A stretch of 30,676 nt of DNA from a virus (taxonomy: Duplodnaviria; Caudoviricetes), in IMG/VR virus record IMGVR_UViG_3300035182_000075, positions 1 through 30,676 of that record; one strand, written 5' to 3'. Positions 16,762 through 24,956 of the stretch are shown here, piece after piece. The notes beneath the pieces were generated by a model that saw only the letters and a program-made list of their open reading frames with translations, had not been told where the DNA came from and made no database searches. Within the stretch, counting starts at the first letter, position 1; every line of letters starts with the position of its first letter. The position numbers and the translations under genes were made by a program.

Positions 16762-19306
16762 CCTCTACAGCAAGGCTGCACAGATTCTCGCCGCGATGCC
16801 GCATGATCAGCGGATGGACGCCGGACAGTTGGTCGCCATGCTCAAGAACAAGGGCGTAAAACCAGCAGAGATCGAGAACGCTCCACCGCTGGAAGGGCGC
16901 ATCACCGCCGGTGATGCCAAGATGCACTTCCAGAGCGCGGTGCCGAAGGTATCGCATCGGGAACTCGGAACGTATGGCGAGGACCCCACCCAGTACGAGG
17001 ACTACAGCACCCCGGGCGGCTCTAATTATACCGAGCATCTGCTGAATTTGCCTTCTGACCGTGGCAAGGAGGCCTACCAGTCTCCCCACTTCGAAGGCCG
17101 CCAGAAGAACAACCTCCTCGCACACTTCCGCACGACGACCCGGCGCACCGCTGATGGCCGCAAGCTCCTGCATATCGAGGAGGTCCAGTCCGACTGGGGT
17201 CAGGAAGGCCGTGAGAAGGGGTTCAAGCCGCCGATCGTGAGGGATCAGGCCAAGATCGACGATCTGACGCGTCAACTCAAGGCGGTCATGTATAAATACA
17301 CCGGTAACGGTGTCGGTGGCGACTACCACAAGATGATGAACGACCCAGAGTATGAGCGCCTGCAGGACGAGCTTCACGACCACATGCACGGCGATCCAAT
17401 CGAGGCGCAGCTTCGCAGGGACTGGGCCGCCAAGCGCGAGGCCTACTACGCCAAGTCCCGCACCACCCCGATGACAGAGCAGACGCCGGAACTGACAAAG
17501 ATGCATCAGGATGTGGAGGATGCCGCCGATAAGCTGAGCCTCCACGCCAAAGCCATCAAGCGCGGCCCCTACGTCACCAGCACCCAAGGCTGGACCGACC
17601 TCGCACTGAAGCACATCCTGCACCACGCGGCAGTCATGGGCCACCACGGCATCACGATCGCCCCCGGCAAGGTCCACGCGCGCCGGTACAACATGAGCAA
17701 GCACGTCGATGAGATGGTGTACCATCCGGAGAGCAAGGCGTTCTGGGCCGGAAAGGACGGAAGGCACGTCCACGACGGCATGTACGAGCCGGAGGAGCTT
17801 CCGGGCCTGATCGGGCATGAGGCCACCAAGGCGCTGCTGTCTCAGCCGAGGGAACCGTATTACACGGACCCGAACAGCACCAAGGTCCATCGCCTGAAGG
17901 GTGATATGGACTTCGGCGGCGAGGGCTTCAAGCAATTTTACGACCAGATGCTCCCCAAGAGTCTCGCCAAGCTTGCGCAGCAGCACGATCCCAGCGTAAA
18001 GGTCGGGACGTACGAGCCAACTGGCACGCTTCCGCGTGGTCCAGACATCCGCGATCTCCCGGAAGGCCAGTACGCCCACCTACCGATCACGGACCAGATG
18101 CGATCCAGCATCAAGGAAAGCGGGTTCCCAGCCTTCGCGCGCGGCGGTGACATCGAGGGGCCGATGGTTGGCCACCACAACATCAGCGACACCGGCGTCC
18201 AAGTGGCCAGCGACATCGGGGGCATCCCACTGCCGTCGATGGCGATCTCAAAGGCTGGCCACCCGCTGACCAGATTTGGCGACACAACCCTATTGGCGCA
18301 CCCCAGCATGGTGACGCCTAGCCCAAAGGTCAATGTGTGGCCGAACGATGCCTACACGGGTCGGCAGCCACGCGGAGCCGTCGTCTTTGACGATCCGGCG
18401 GAAGCGCGGCGCAACGCCAAGGCAGACCCCAACTTCGGCCACATGCGGGACGTCATGTCCATCGGGCATGACCCCAGCAATTTCGACCACGAAGACGAAC
18501 TGATGCGCACCGCTCAGCTTGGCTTGTCGCGTGGCATTGACCCGAAAAAATTCGACTACCTGATTAGTCACGTCGACGAGGTGCGCAATAAGCTCGGGAT
18601 GGACGCTTACAGCAACAGCCACATGCCGGGGCTGCGTGCCTATGGCCGCACCAAGCGCGTGCTGTTCCCGGATGATAGGTTCACGCCGAGCGGCAACCGC
18701 AGGCCATCAGGCCCCTACACGTTGGACGCGGTCGTTAAACAGATGCGAAAGGCAAAGGCGCACGAAGCCGGATCGGAGGGCTGGAACTACGGCGCAGGCA
18801 GCTTCCGGGCTGCGGTGACACCGAAGTTCAGGAGCATGGGCGAGATTACCTCGTCCCGCGACAAGATCGTTCCGTCAGACCAGATAGAAGCCCACAAGAA
18901 GGCCTTGAGCGACGAGTATGATAGCCTCATCAACGATCTGGCTATGACGCGCGGGGGGAATTTCCGAGATTTAGATTCCGCCTCGGAGGCGATCTCTGAT
19001 CTCTCCAAGGGAAAGGAACCCACTTGGTTCGGGCCAATACCGCCTGATACACGCGCCAGAGTGCAGGCCCTCCTGAGGAAGGCGCACTCAATGCCATCCG
19101 AGTACTTCGAGGCGAAGCACAAGGGTGCCGTTCCGCTATCGGCATTCCCCGCCGCCATTGTTCCGGCGGCCCAGTCCGAGACCGCGCGTCGTCTCATCGA
19201 GTCCGGCGTCAAGAAGGTCATGACCTACGGCTCACCCGAGGAGCGGGTTTCCCTGTTTCGCAGCCACCCGGACTTGATGTTCAAGAGAGGTGGAGCCGCA
19301 AAATGA
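16754..19306 (+). CDS. Two-module putative virion cargo protein: ExQSDW domain and ART-fold-like domain
   Basis: N-terminal module is paralogous to the last module of the upstream gene; C-terminal module has HHN...GGIPLPSMAIS...FGD...EYFEAK; each module ends in FxRGG. Confidence 0.85.
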   Translation: MVNLYSKAAQILAAMPHDQRMDAGQLVAMLKNKGVKPAEIENAPPLEGRITAGDAKMHFQSAVPKVSHRELGTYGEDPTQYEDYSTPGGSNYTEHLLNLPSDRGKEAYQSPHFEGRQKNNLLAHFRTTTRRTADGRKLLHIEEVQSDWGQEGREKGFKPPIVRDQAKIDDLTRQLKAVMYKYTGNGVGGDYHKMMNDPEYERLQDELHDHMHGDPIEAQLRRDWAAKREAYYAKSRTTPMTEQTPELTKMHQDVEDAADKLSLHAKAIKRGPYVTSTQGWTDLALKHILHHAAVMGHHGITIAPGKVHARRYNMSKHVDEMVYHPESKAFWAGKDGRHVHDGMYEPEELPGLIGHEATKALLSQPREPYYTDPNSTKVHRLKGDMDFGGEGFKQFYDQMLPKSLAKLAQQHDPSVKVGTYEPTGTLPRGPDIRDLPEGQYAHLPITDQMRSSIKESGFPAFARGGDIEGPMVGHHNISDTGVQVASDIGGIPLPSMAISKAGHPLTRFGDTTLLAHPSMVTPSPKVNVWPNDAYTGRQPRGAVVFDDPAEARRNAKADPNFGHMRDVMSIGHDPSNFDHEDELMRTAQLGLSRGIDPKKFDYLISHVDEVRNKLGMDAYSNSHMPGLRAYGRTKRVLFPDDRFTPSGNRRPSGPYTLDAVVKQMRKAKAHEAGSEGWNYGAGSFRAAVTPKFRSMGEITSSRDKIVPSDQIEAHKKALSDEYDSLINDLAMTRGGNFRDLDSASEAISDLSKGKEPTWFGPIPPDTRARVQALLRKAHSMPSEYFEAKHKGAVPLSAFPAAIVPAAQSETARRLIESGVKKVMTYGSPEERVSLFRSHPDLMFKRGGAAK

Positions 19307-20430
19307 ACGAGTCGATCAGCAAGGCCATCAAGATGGTCAACAAGGCGGCAAATCAGACGGTTATGGACCCATACCGCAATCGGTACCCGGGCATCTATGG
19401 CAACCCGAAGGAGATCGCCGCAGAGGCTGCCAGCCGGGTGGCGCCGGAGGATGTCGCCATGAAGCGGCTGTTCGGGGTGACCCGTGATGAGCTTCACGAG
19501 ATGTCAGAGGGGCGTAAAGGCAACGTGGAGCCGAATATCGCCACGTCCAAGAACGCCAGAGGGTCACTATCTGCCCTGAACACCATGAACCCCATGAATG
19601 CCCAGCGCCTTATCGACAATCTGGTTGAGGCTGGCAATCACCCCGGGCTGAAGAAGGGTATGGATGCGTGGTACACGATGGACCCGGTCTACAAGCGCAT
19701 CAAGGAGCTTGTCGGCGAGGATGATGCCCCTGAGCACTACCGGAACCTGAACACGATCATCGGCATGATGTCACCCGGCAGCCGGGTGGAGACCGAGATC
19801 AACCGGGGGCTGGCGGCTCACTACTTGCAGCAACACCAGCGGATCAACGACTTCCACAACTTCGGCGGGATCGCCAAGAAGAACCGTGGCCCGGACTTCC
19901 CGCCGGACCTGAAGCCGATGATGTCGCACGCCTACCACAAGACGTCGCAATCTGGCCCACTGAAGAAGTACCTAGAAAATGGCAGGATTATCTCGGACAA
20001 CCCCAAGGTTCCGCTCTATGTGCAGGCGTCGGGGGTTCCTGAGACAGGTTTTCAGACCAAGGGGCCGGTGCCGGATGCCCACTTCACGCGGGCGGTCGGG
20101 ATGGCCGACACTCGCAAAGGCCCCACGGACATCGGGGCCTCCATGGGTAGAGCGGAGCACCAGAGTTTCGCCCCGTGGTTCCGCGAGCATGTAGCCGACA
20201 AGGTTGGTCTGGAGGCTGTGCCGGCTCAGGCGAGGCTCTGGGGGTCCATGTCCGGCCAGACCGGCGTGAAGACCATGATCGGCGCACCCAAGATGGAGAT
20301 GTTGGCAAAGCACATCATGTCCGTCGCCCGGCGCCACCAGATACCGCCCGAGGTGGCGCGTGATCTGGTGCTGACCGGTGGTATCTACTATCGCGGTGGG
20401 GCTGTAGAGAAGGCTTTGTCCAAGGCATGA
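19303..20430 (+). CDS. Putative virion cargo protein, possible HhH DNA-glycosylase-like fold
   Basis: WY...MMSP...K..LY...PDAHFTR...AQARLW motif order; ends YYRGGAVEKAL. Confidence 0.7.
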   Translation: MNESISKAIKMVNKAANQTVMDPYRNRYPGIYGNPKEIAAEAASRVAPEDVAMKRLFGVTRDELHEMSEGRKGNVEPNIATSKNARGSLSALNTMNPMNAQRLIDNLVEAGNHPGLKKGMDAWYTMDPVYKRIKELVGEDDAPEHYRNLNTIIGMMSPGSRVETEINRGLAAHYLQQHQRINDFHNFGGIAKKNRGPDFPPDLKPMMSHAYHKTSQSGPLKKYLENGRIISDNPKVPLYVQASGVPETGFQTKGPVPDAHFTRAVGMADTRKGPTDIGASMGRAEHQSFAPWFREHVADKVGLEAVPAQARLWGSMSGQTGVKTMIGAPKMEMLAKHIMSVARRHQIPPEVARDLVLTGGIYYRGGAVEKALSKA

Positions 20431-20930
20431 CGGTCGACCTTCACCCATCCTTGGCCCAGAAGGAGGCCGGCAACTACCGGAAGCAGCACATCTCCTTCCA
20501 AGGGTTGCCGGTGTCGATCGAGAACCCCAAGGGGACGATCCGGCGTGGCGACGGGTGGCAATGTCGTGTTCCGTACGATTACGGATACATCAAGGGAACG
20601 GAGGGCGCAGACGGTGATCATGTGGATGTTTGCATTGGCTCTGACCGGAACTCTGATCGGGTCTACGTCATCGACCAACAAGACCACCGCACGAAGAAGT
20701 TCGACGAGCACAAATGCATGCTCGGATACCACGACCGTGGATCAGCCGAGAGGGCCTACCGGGCTGGATTTTCGGACGGCAAGGGGCATCTTCGACTGGG
20801 GCCTGTAACAGAAATGTCGATCGACAGGTTCAAGTGGTGGCTGAAGAACCGACCCCAGAAACGCCCGGCACACATTGATCGTGCATTGCAAGTCGCTTCG
20901 AAGTATGATGCCATAAAGTCAACCCCCTGA
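20427..20930 (+). CDS. Inorganic pyrophosphatase-like domain protein (polyvalent-protein InPase type)
   Basis: AGNYRK.H...GLPVSIENPKG, DYGYIKGTEGADGDHVDV, FDEHKCMLGY. Confidence 0.9.
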   Translation: MTVDLHPSLAQKEAGNYRKQHISFQGLPVSIENPKGTIRRGDGWQCRVPYDYGYIKGTEGADGDHVDVCIGSDRNSDRVYVIDQQDHRTKKFDEHKCMLGYHDRGSAERAYRAGFSDGKGHLRLGPVTEMSIDRFKWWLKNRPQKRPAHIDRALQVASKYDAIKSTP

Positions 20931-20942
20931 ATGGAGCCAGTG

Positions 20943-22181
20943 ATGGACGCCAAAGCCCTCCGCGAGAAGATGAAGGAAAAGGCCCGCCGCCTCGCTGGTG
21001 GCGGTGATGCGCAAAACGTGGACTCGTCGAGCTACACCCCGCCGAAAGGCAACCCGGATGGCAGCGCGCAGGTCGGCATGAAGCCGATCTCTCGGCGTGC
21101 CTTCAAGGAGGGCGGCAAGGTCGAGGGTATGGACCAGAAGGCATGTCACGCTGGCCGCCGGGCGCGGGCAATGGGCGGCAATATTGGTTTGGCCAACACC
21201 GACCAGAAGGCCGCGAATGATGCGCGCCCGGGCAAGACGCAGGTCGGAGGCTACTCCAAGGGTGGACCGACCGAGATCAAGGGCCACGAGAAGCGGAACA
21301 CCAAGATGTCGATCGACCACGACATCTCTTCTGACTCCGTGAAGAAGATCAAGGATACGAACGAAGTCGGCGTTCTGCGTGCGATGAAGAAGGGCTACGC
21401 TACCGGCGGCGCCCCCTCCTACAGCAAGACGGCGGTCGACAAGGAGATCGGCAAGGACAAGCGGATCAAGCCGCGCGAGGCCGCCGCGATCAACGCCCTG
21501 CTGAAGGGCCGCCAGAAGTCGAACGAGCCGGATAGTGACGATGTCACGCTTCTGAAGAAATCCGGCGGACGCGCAGCCAAGGCCGGCGGTGGCACCCTGA
21601 CCATGGATGCACCGCTGAAGATGTCTGGCACGCTGAAGACCCAAGGCACTATGGGGACCGACACTCCGATTTCAACCGATGCGCCGATGGACCGCGCCAA
21701 ACCCCTGCAGGATCAGGTGACCGACGCTGCGATGGCGCAGCGCGCAAGCAACGCTGCCGAGGGGTACAATGAGAAGATGCGTGAGGCCGGGGACATGACG
21801 CGCCGCAAGGCCGGAGGTCGTACGGCGAAGAAAGACGGTGGGGCTGTCAAGAAGGGCAGCACCAACATCAACATCGTGATTGCGCCGCCCGCGCGTCCCG
21901 GTGCCGAGGCAGGTGGTGCGATGCCTCCCCCGATGCCTCCCCCGATGCCTCCGAAGCCTCCGATGCCGATGCCGCCCATTGGTGGCCCCGCTCCTGCCAT
22001 GATGCCGCCGACCGGCCTTGGTGGCGTCGGCATGCCTCCTCCGCATCCCGGCATGATGCCTCCGCCCGGCGCTCCGCCGATGATGGCCCGCAAAAACGGT
22101 GGCAAGGTCCACATGGAGTTCGGCGCTGGTGGCGGCAAGGGGCGTCTGGAGAAGATCAAGGAATGCGGCGGTAAGGCCTGA
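20943..22181 (+). CDS. Low-complexity K/G/A- and Pro/Met-rich protein with about 10 GG-motif repeats
   Basis: GGAG RBS favours start 20940/20943 (frame open from 20931); FKEGGKV, RAMGGNI, YSKGGPT, YATGGAP, KKSGGRA, KAGGGTL, RKAGGRT, KKDGGAV, RKNGGKV. Confidence 0.85.
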   Translation: MDAKALREKMKEKARRLAGGGDAQNVDSSSYTPPKGNPDGSAQVGMKPISRRAFKEGGKVEGMDQKACHAGRRARAMGGNIGLANTDQKAANDARPGKTQVGGYSKGGPTEIKGHEKRNTKMSIDHDISSDSVKKIKDTNEVGVLRAMKKGYATGGAPSYSKTAVDKEIGKDKRIKPREAAAINALLKGRQKSNEPDSDDVTLLKKSGGRAAKAGGGTLTMDAPLKMSGTLKTQGTMGTDTPISTDAPMDRAKPLQDQVTDAAMAQRASNAAEGYNEKMREAGDMTRRKAGGRTAKKDGGAVKKGSTNINIVIAPPARPGAEAGGAMPPPMPPPMPPKPPMPMPPIGGPAPAMMPPTGLGGVGMPPPHPGMMPPPGAPPMMARKNGGKVHMEFGAGGGKGRLEKIKECGGKA

Positions 22182-22212
22182 TACCCCCCCCTTATCGTGG
22201 CTGATCGACGTT

Positions 22213-22251
22213 AGGCCCGCGCCGCCCCTTTCCCGGCTCGGGCCTGCTTTA
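22213..22251 (+). terminator. GC-rich hairpin, possible weak terminator or processing site
   Basis: AGGCCCG/CGGGCCT stem with inner GCCG/CGGC and only a short T tail. Confidence 0.4.
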
Positions 22252-22265
22252 CTCAGGAGAAGAGA

Positions 22266-22475
22266 ATGACGGTTATTGTGAGCGGCAATCTTTTCGCTGC
22301 AGAACTTGAGAAGCTCGTCAAAGCTCGGATTGAAGAACTGACCACCAATATGACGTTGGGGATTGCAATCCACAACATAGAGGGCTACCGTGAATCGGTA
22401 GGTGAAATCCGTGCGCTGAATGACATATTTGGCATGATGGAGAAAGCCGCAGACATCGTCGACAAAACGAGGTAG
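22266..22475 (+). CDS. Small hypothetical head-module protein
   Basis: AGGAG RBS; Y...VG.I.AL pattern in the gene preceding GroES. Confidence 0.8.
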   Translation: MTVIVSGNLFAAELEKLVKARIEELTTNMTLGIAIHNIEGYRESVGEIRALNDIFGMMEKAADIVDKTR

Positions 22476-22482
22476 CCGCGCT

Positions 22483-22872
22483 ATGCCGCAAATGAATATG
22501 GCCCACGAAGAAGACCCAGCCAAGCTCCTGATGAACAAGATCGACGTCGGTGGGATCGAGGTATTCCACAATCAGGTCCTTCTGGCGATCTACATGCGCC
22601 CCGAGAAGACAGCGTCGGGCCTGTACCTTACCAAGGCTCACGTCGACGAGGACCGATACCAGTCCAAGATCGGCCTGCTTCTCGCTGCTGGGCCGATGGC
22701 GTTCAAGGACCCGGATGGAGTGTGGTTTCAAGGTCTGGAGTTCAAGGTCGGAGACTGGCTCCTGTTCCGCCCGTCCGACGGCTACAACGTCACCGTTAGC
22801 AAGGAGCCTTGCCGACTCCTGATCGACACCAACATCAAAGGTCGGGTGTCACATCCCGACCTAATCTACTGA
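22483..22872 (+). CDS. GroES/Cpn10-like co-chaperonin
   Basis: Mobile loop EKTASGLYL, then LLAAGP and KVGDWLLF. Confidence 0.88.
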   Translation: MPQMNMAHEEDPAKLLMNKIDVGGIEVFHNQVLLAIYMRPEKTASGLYLTKAHVDEDRYQSKIGLLLAAGPMAFKDPDGVWFQGLEFKVGDWLLFRPSDGYNVTVSKEPCRLLIDTNIKGRVSHPDLIY

Positions 22873-22882
22873 GGAGACCCCG

Positions 22883-23725
22883 ATGGCTGATGACGACGAT
22901 GATCTGATCGACGATGACGTCACCGAGGAGCCGGAGCCTGATGAGCCAGACGCACCGTCTGTTGACGAGACGATCGAAGACCTTCGAAAGCAGATCGCCT
23001 CTGAGCGCGCGGCTCGCCTTGAAGATCAGAAGGCGCGTATTGCTGCAGAGAAGCGCGCTTCTGTTGCTGAGGTTGAGGTGGACGACACCAACCTGCAACT
23101 GGTCGAGAGCGCGCTGGACACGGTCAACCGCGACATGTTCGACCTGAAGGCTCAAATGGCGGAGGCTTTGCGGGTCGGTGACCACGCTGGTGCCGCAGAA
23201 ATCCAAGACGGAATCACCGAGCGGCGCATCCAGATTCAGCAGCTTGAAAATGGCCGCGATCGCATGAAGCAGGCCAAGGAAGCGCCGAAGACGCAGCAAA
23301 CGCGGCCTGTGCAGCCGCTGCTTCCCGACGTGGATACCTTCGCGGGACAACTCACGCCTCGATCGGCAGACTGGGTTCGATCTCACCCGGAATTTGTGAC
23401 CAACCCGGCACTGAATGCCCGCATGGTGAATGCCCACAACTTCGTCATCGCCGACGGGGTGGCGCCGGACACCGACGAGTATTTCGATCGGGTTGAGACC
23501 ATGCTCCGCATCAAGAAGACGGTTGACGCTGATTCGGAGGCGCAGGTAGCTCGTCGTCCAGCTTCTCCTCCTGCTGCTCCGGCCAACACCGGAGGTGGTG
23601 GTCGCCCCGGCAATGTTCGTCTTTCTGCTCAGGAGCGCGAGTTCGCCCGCGATTCCGACATGACCGAGGCTGAATATGCCGCCAACAAGTCCAGACTCAT
23701 CAAGGAAGGCAGGATCAAAGCATGA
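22883..23725 (+). CDS. Capsid scaffolding protein (putative)
   Basis: Acidic N-terminus, long coiled coil, C-terminal VRLS..ERE.A...M...EYA..K; lies upstream of the capsid genes. Confidence 0.75.
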   Translation: MADDDDDLIDDDVTEEPEPDEPDAPSVDETIEDLRKQIASERAARLEDQKARIAAEKRASVAEVEVDDTNLQLVESALDTVNRDMFDLKAQMAEALRVGDHAGAAEIQDGITERRIQIQQLENGRDRMKQAKEAPKTQQTRPVQPLLPDVDTFAGQLTPRSADWVRSHPEFVTNPALNARMVNAHNFVIADGVAPDTDEYFDRVETMLRIKKTVDADSEAQVARRPASPPAAPANTGGGGRPGNVRLSAQEREFARDSDMTEAEYAANKSRLIKEGRIKA

Positions 23726-24228
23726 CCGTGAAGCCTAAGGAAGAATCGCCTTCTCGTCCGCCGATGCGTGACTCCGCCGCGCGTGCGGCTGAAATCCGCG
23801 AGAGCAACGCTCATATCGAGGAAATCCAGAACAAGTACGACATCGACCCTTCCGTGGTCCCCGATGGCTGGACTTATGAGTGGAAACGCTGGGAAATCTT
23901 GAACAAGCAAGACCCGGCGCACATGCAGGAACTGGCCAGATCGGGCTGGGAGGCTGTTCCGGCGACACGTCACCCGGAAATGATGCCGTTCGGCTACGAC
24001 GACACCAATACGATCATCCGTGATGGGATGATCCTGATGGAGCGTCCGGCGGAAATCACCGCAGAAGCGCGTCGCGTGCAACACAAGGCCGCCAGAGACC
24101 AACGGACCCAAAAGGAGCAGCAGCTTCAGCACGGACCCGATGGGATCACGCCGGACTTTGACGCGAACCCGAAGAACATGAAGCAGGTCCTAAAGAAGGG
24201 CTATGAGTCAATACCCGTCCCCGAATGA
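23722..24228 (+). CDS. Conserved hypothetical head-module protein
   Basis: VPDGWTYEWKR...GWEAV...HPE...DGMILMERP. Confidence 0.8.
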   Translation: MTVKPKEESPSRPPMRDSAARAAEIRESNAHIEEIQNKYDIDPSVVPDGWTYEWKRWEILNKQDPAHMQELARSGWEAVPATRHPEMMPFGYDDTNTIIRDGMILMERPAEITAEARRVQHKAARDQRTQKEQQLQHGPDGITPDFDANPKNMKQVLKKGYESIPVPE

Positions 24229-24234
24229 GGGGCA

Positions 24235-24269
24235 TTGCAAGAAAGGTACCATGGTGTTACCGTGGTGCC
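24235..24269 (+). promoter_or_regulatory. Capsid-operon promoter overlapped by an inverted repeat
   Basis: TTGCAA-N17-TACCGT; imperfect inverted repeat GGTACCATGGT-gtt-ACCGTGGTGCC at 24245-24269. Confidence 0.5.
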
Positions 24270-24273
24270 ATAT

Positions 24274-24350
24274 ACCTCTCCCCGGTGCGAGAGGTTCGCC
24301 AAACATCGGCCTGATGTCGGCTCGGCGCGCGACAAATAGGGCGGCTCCCA
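24274..24350 (+). ncRNA. Candidate structured 5' leader with two stem-loops sharing a CYCGGYGC loop
   Basis: ACCTCTC-cccggtgc-GAGAGGT and TGTCG-gctcggcgcg-CGACA. Confidence 0.45.
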
Positions 24351-24365
24351 CAAGAGGAGATTCCG

Positions 24366-24944
24366 ATGCCCAACACGAATGCGCCTTTCGGCTTTCGTCA
24401 ACGCAGCGGCAATGGCTCGGCTCCGACCTATGAACAGGTCATCGGGCAGTGTGTATACAACGCCTCCGCCATGTTCTATGGCGACCCCATCGAACCGAAC
24501 GCCTCCGGCTATCTCGTGGTCGGCACCGGCTCCACGACCATCGCGGGCATCTTCCAAGGGTGCAAGTATCTGTCCGTCACCCAGAAGCGGACGATCTGGA
24601 ACAACTACTGGCCCGGCTCCGATGTCGCCTCTGGGCAGTTCCCCGAAATCTACTACATCAGTGATCCCAACGCGCGGTTCGTTGCCCAGTCCGATGCGAC
24701 CGGGATCGCTTTGGCCGACGTGAACAACAACATCGGTTACACCATCGGCACCGGCAATACCCAAACCGGCATCTCCGGGGCAGCCCTGAGCGCGGCCACG
24801 CTGAACACCACGGCGACGTTGCCGTTCCGCGTTCTTGGCCTGATCACCGATCCGCCGTCCGGCATCGGTACGCAACCCGGCGCCTACAACTGGGTGCTGG
24901 TCGGCTTCAACTCGGTTGCTACCAAGCAACTTACCGGCATCTGA
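24366..24944 (+). CDS. Minor capsid/decoration protein (putative)
   Basis: GAGGAG RBS; MPNTNAPFGF...FYGDP...GIFQGC.Y...DPN..F; directly upstream of the major capsid gene. Confidence 0.75.
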   Translation: MPNTNAPFGFRQRSGNGSAPTYEQVIGQCVYNASAMFYGDPIEPNASGYLVVGTGSTTIAGIFQGCKYLSVTQKRTIWNNYWPGSDVASGQFPEIYYISDPNARFVAQSDATGIALADVNNNIGYTIGTGNTQTGISGAALSAATLNTTATLPFRVLGLITDPPSGIGTQPGAYNWVLVGFNSVATKQLTGI

Positions 24945-24956
24945 GGAGGTTGACCC

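Larger units (their letters stand above)
13885..22109 (+). repeat. Dispersed peptide motif [FYKRH]-[AKQSY]-x-G-G-x-[VIATPL], about 19 copies in four genes
   Basis: Codon starts at 13885, 13930, 14653, 15076, 15475, 16723, 18134, 19280, 20386, 20991 (weak), 21102, 21165, 21252, 21396, 21555, 21579, 21804, 21828, 22089. Confidence 0.85.

Noticed and set aside
16748-18079. 443-aa minus-strand ORF and other antisense ORFs across 13.7-29.5 kb
   Set aside because: They mirror well-supported + strand genes and have shadow-like composition.
20881-20916. Promoter upstream of the GG-array gene (TTGCAA...TATGAT)
   Set aside because: Spacing is only 12 nt, and the -35 at correct spacing (GTGCAT) is weak.
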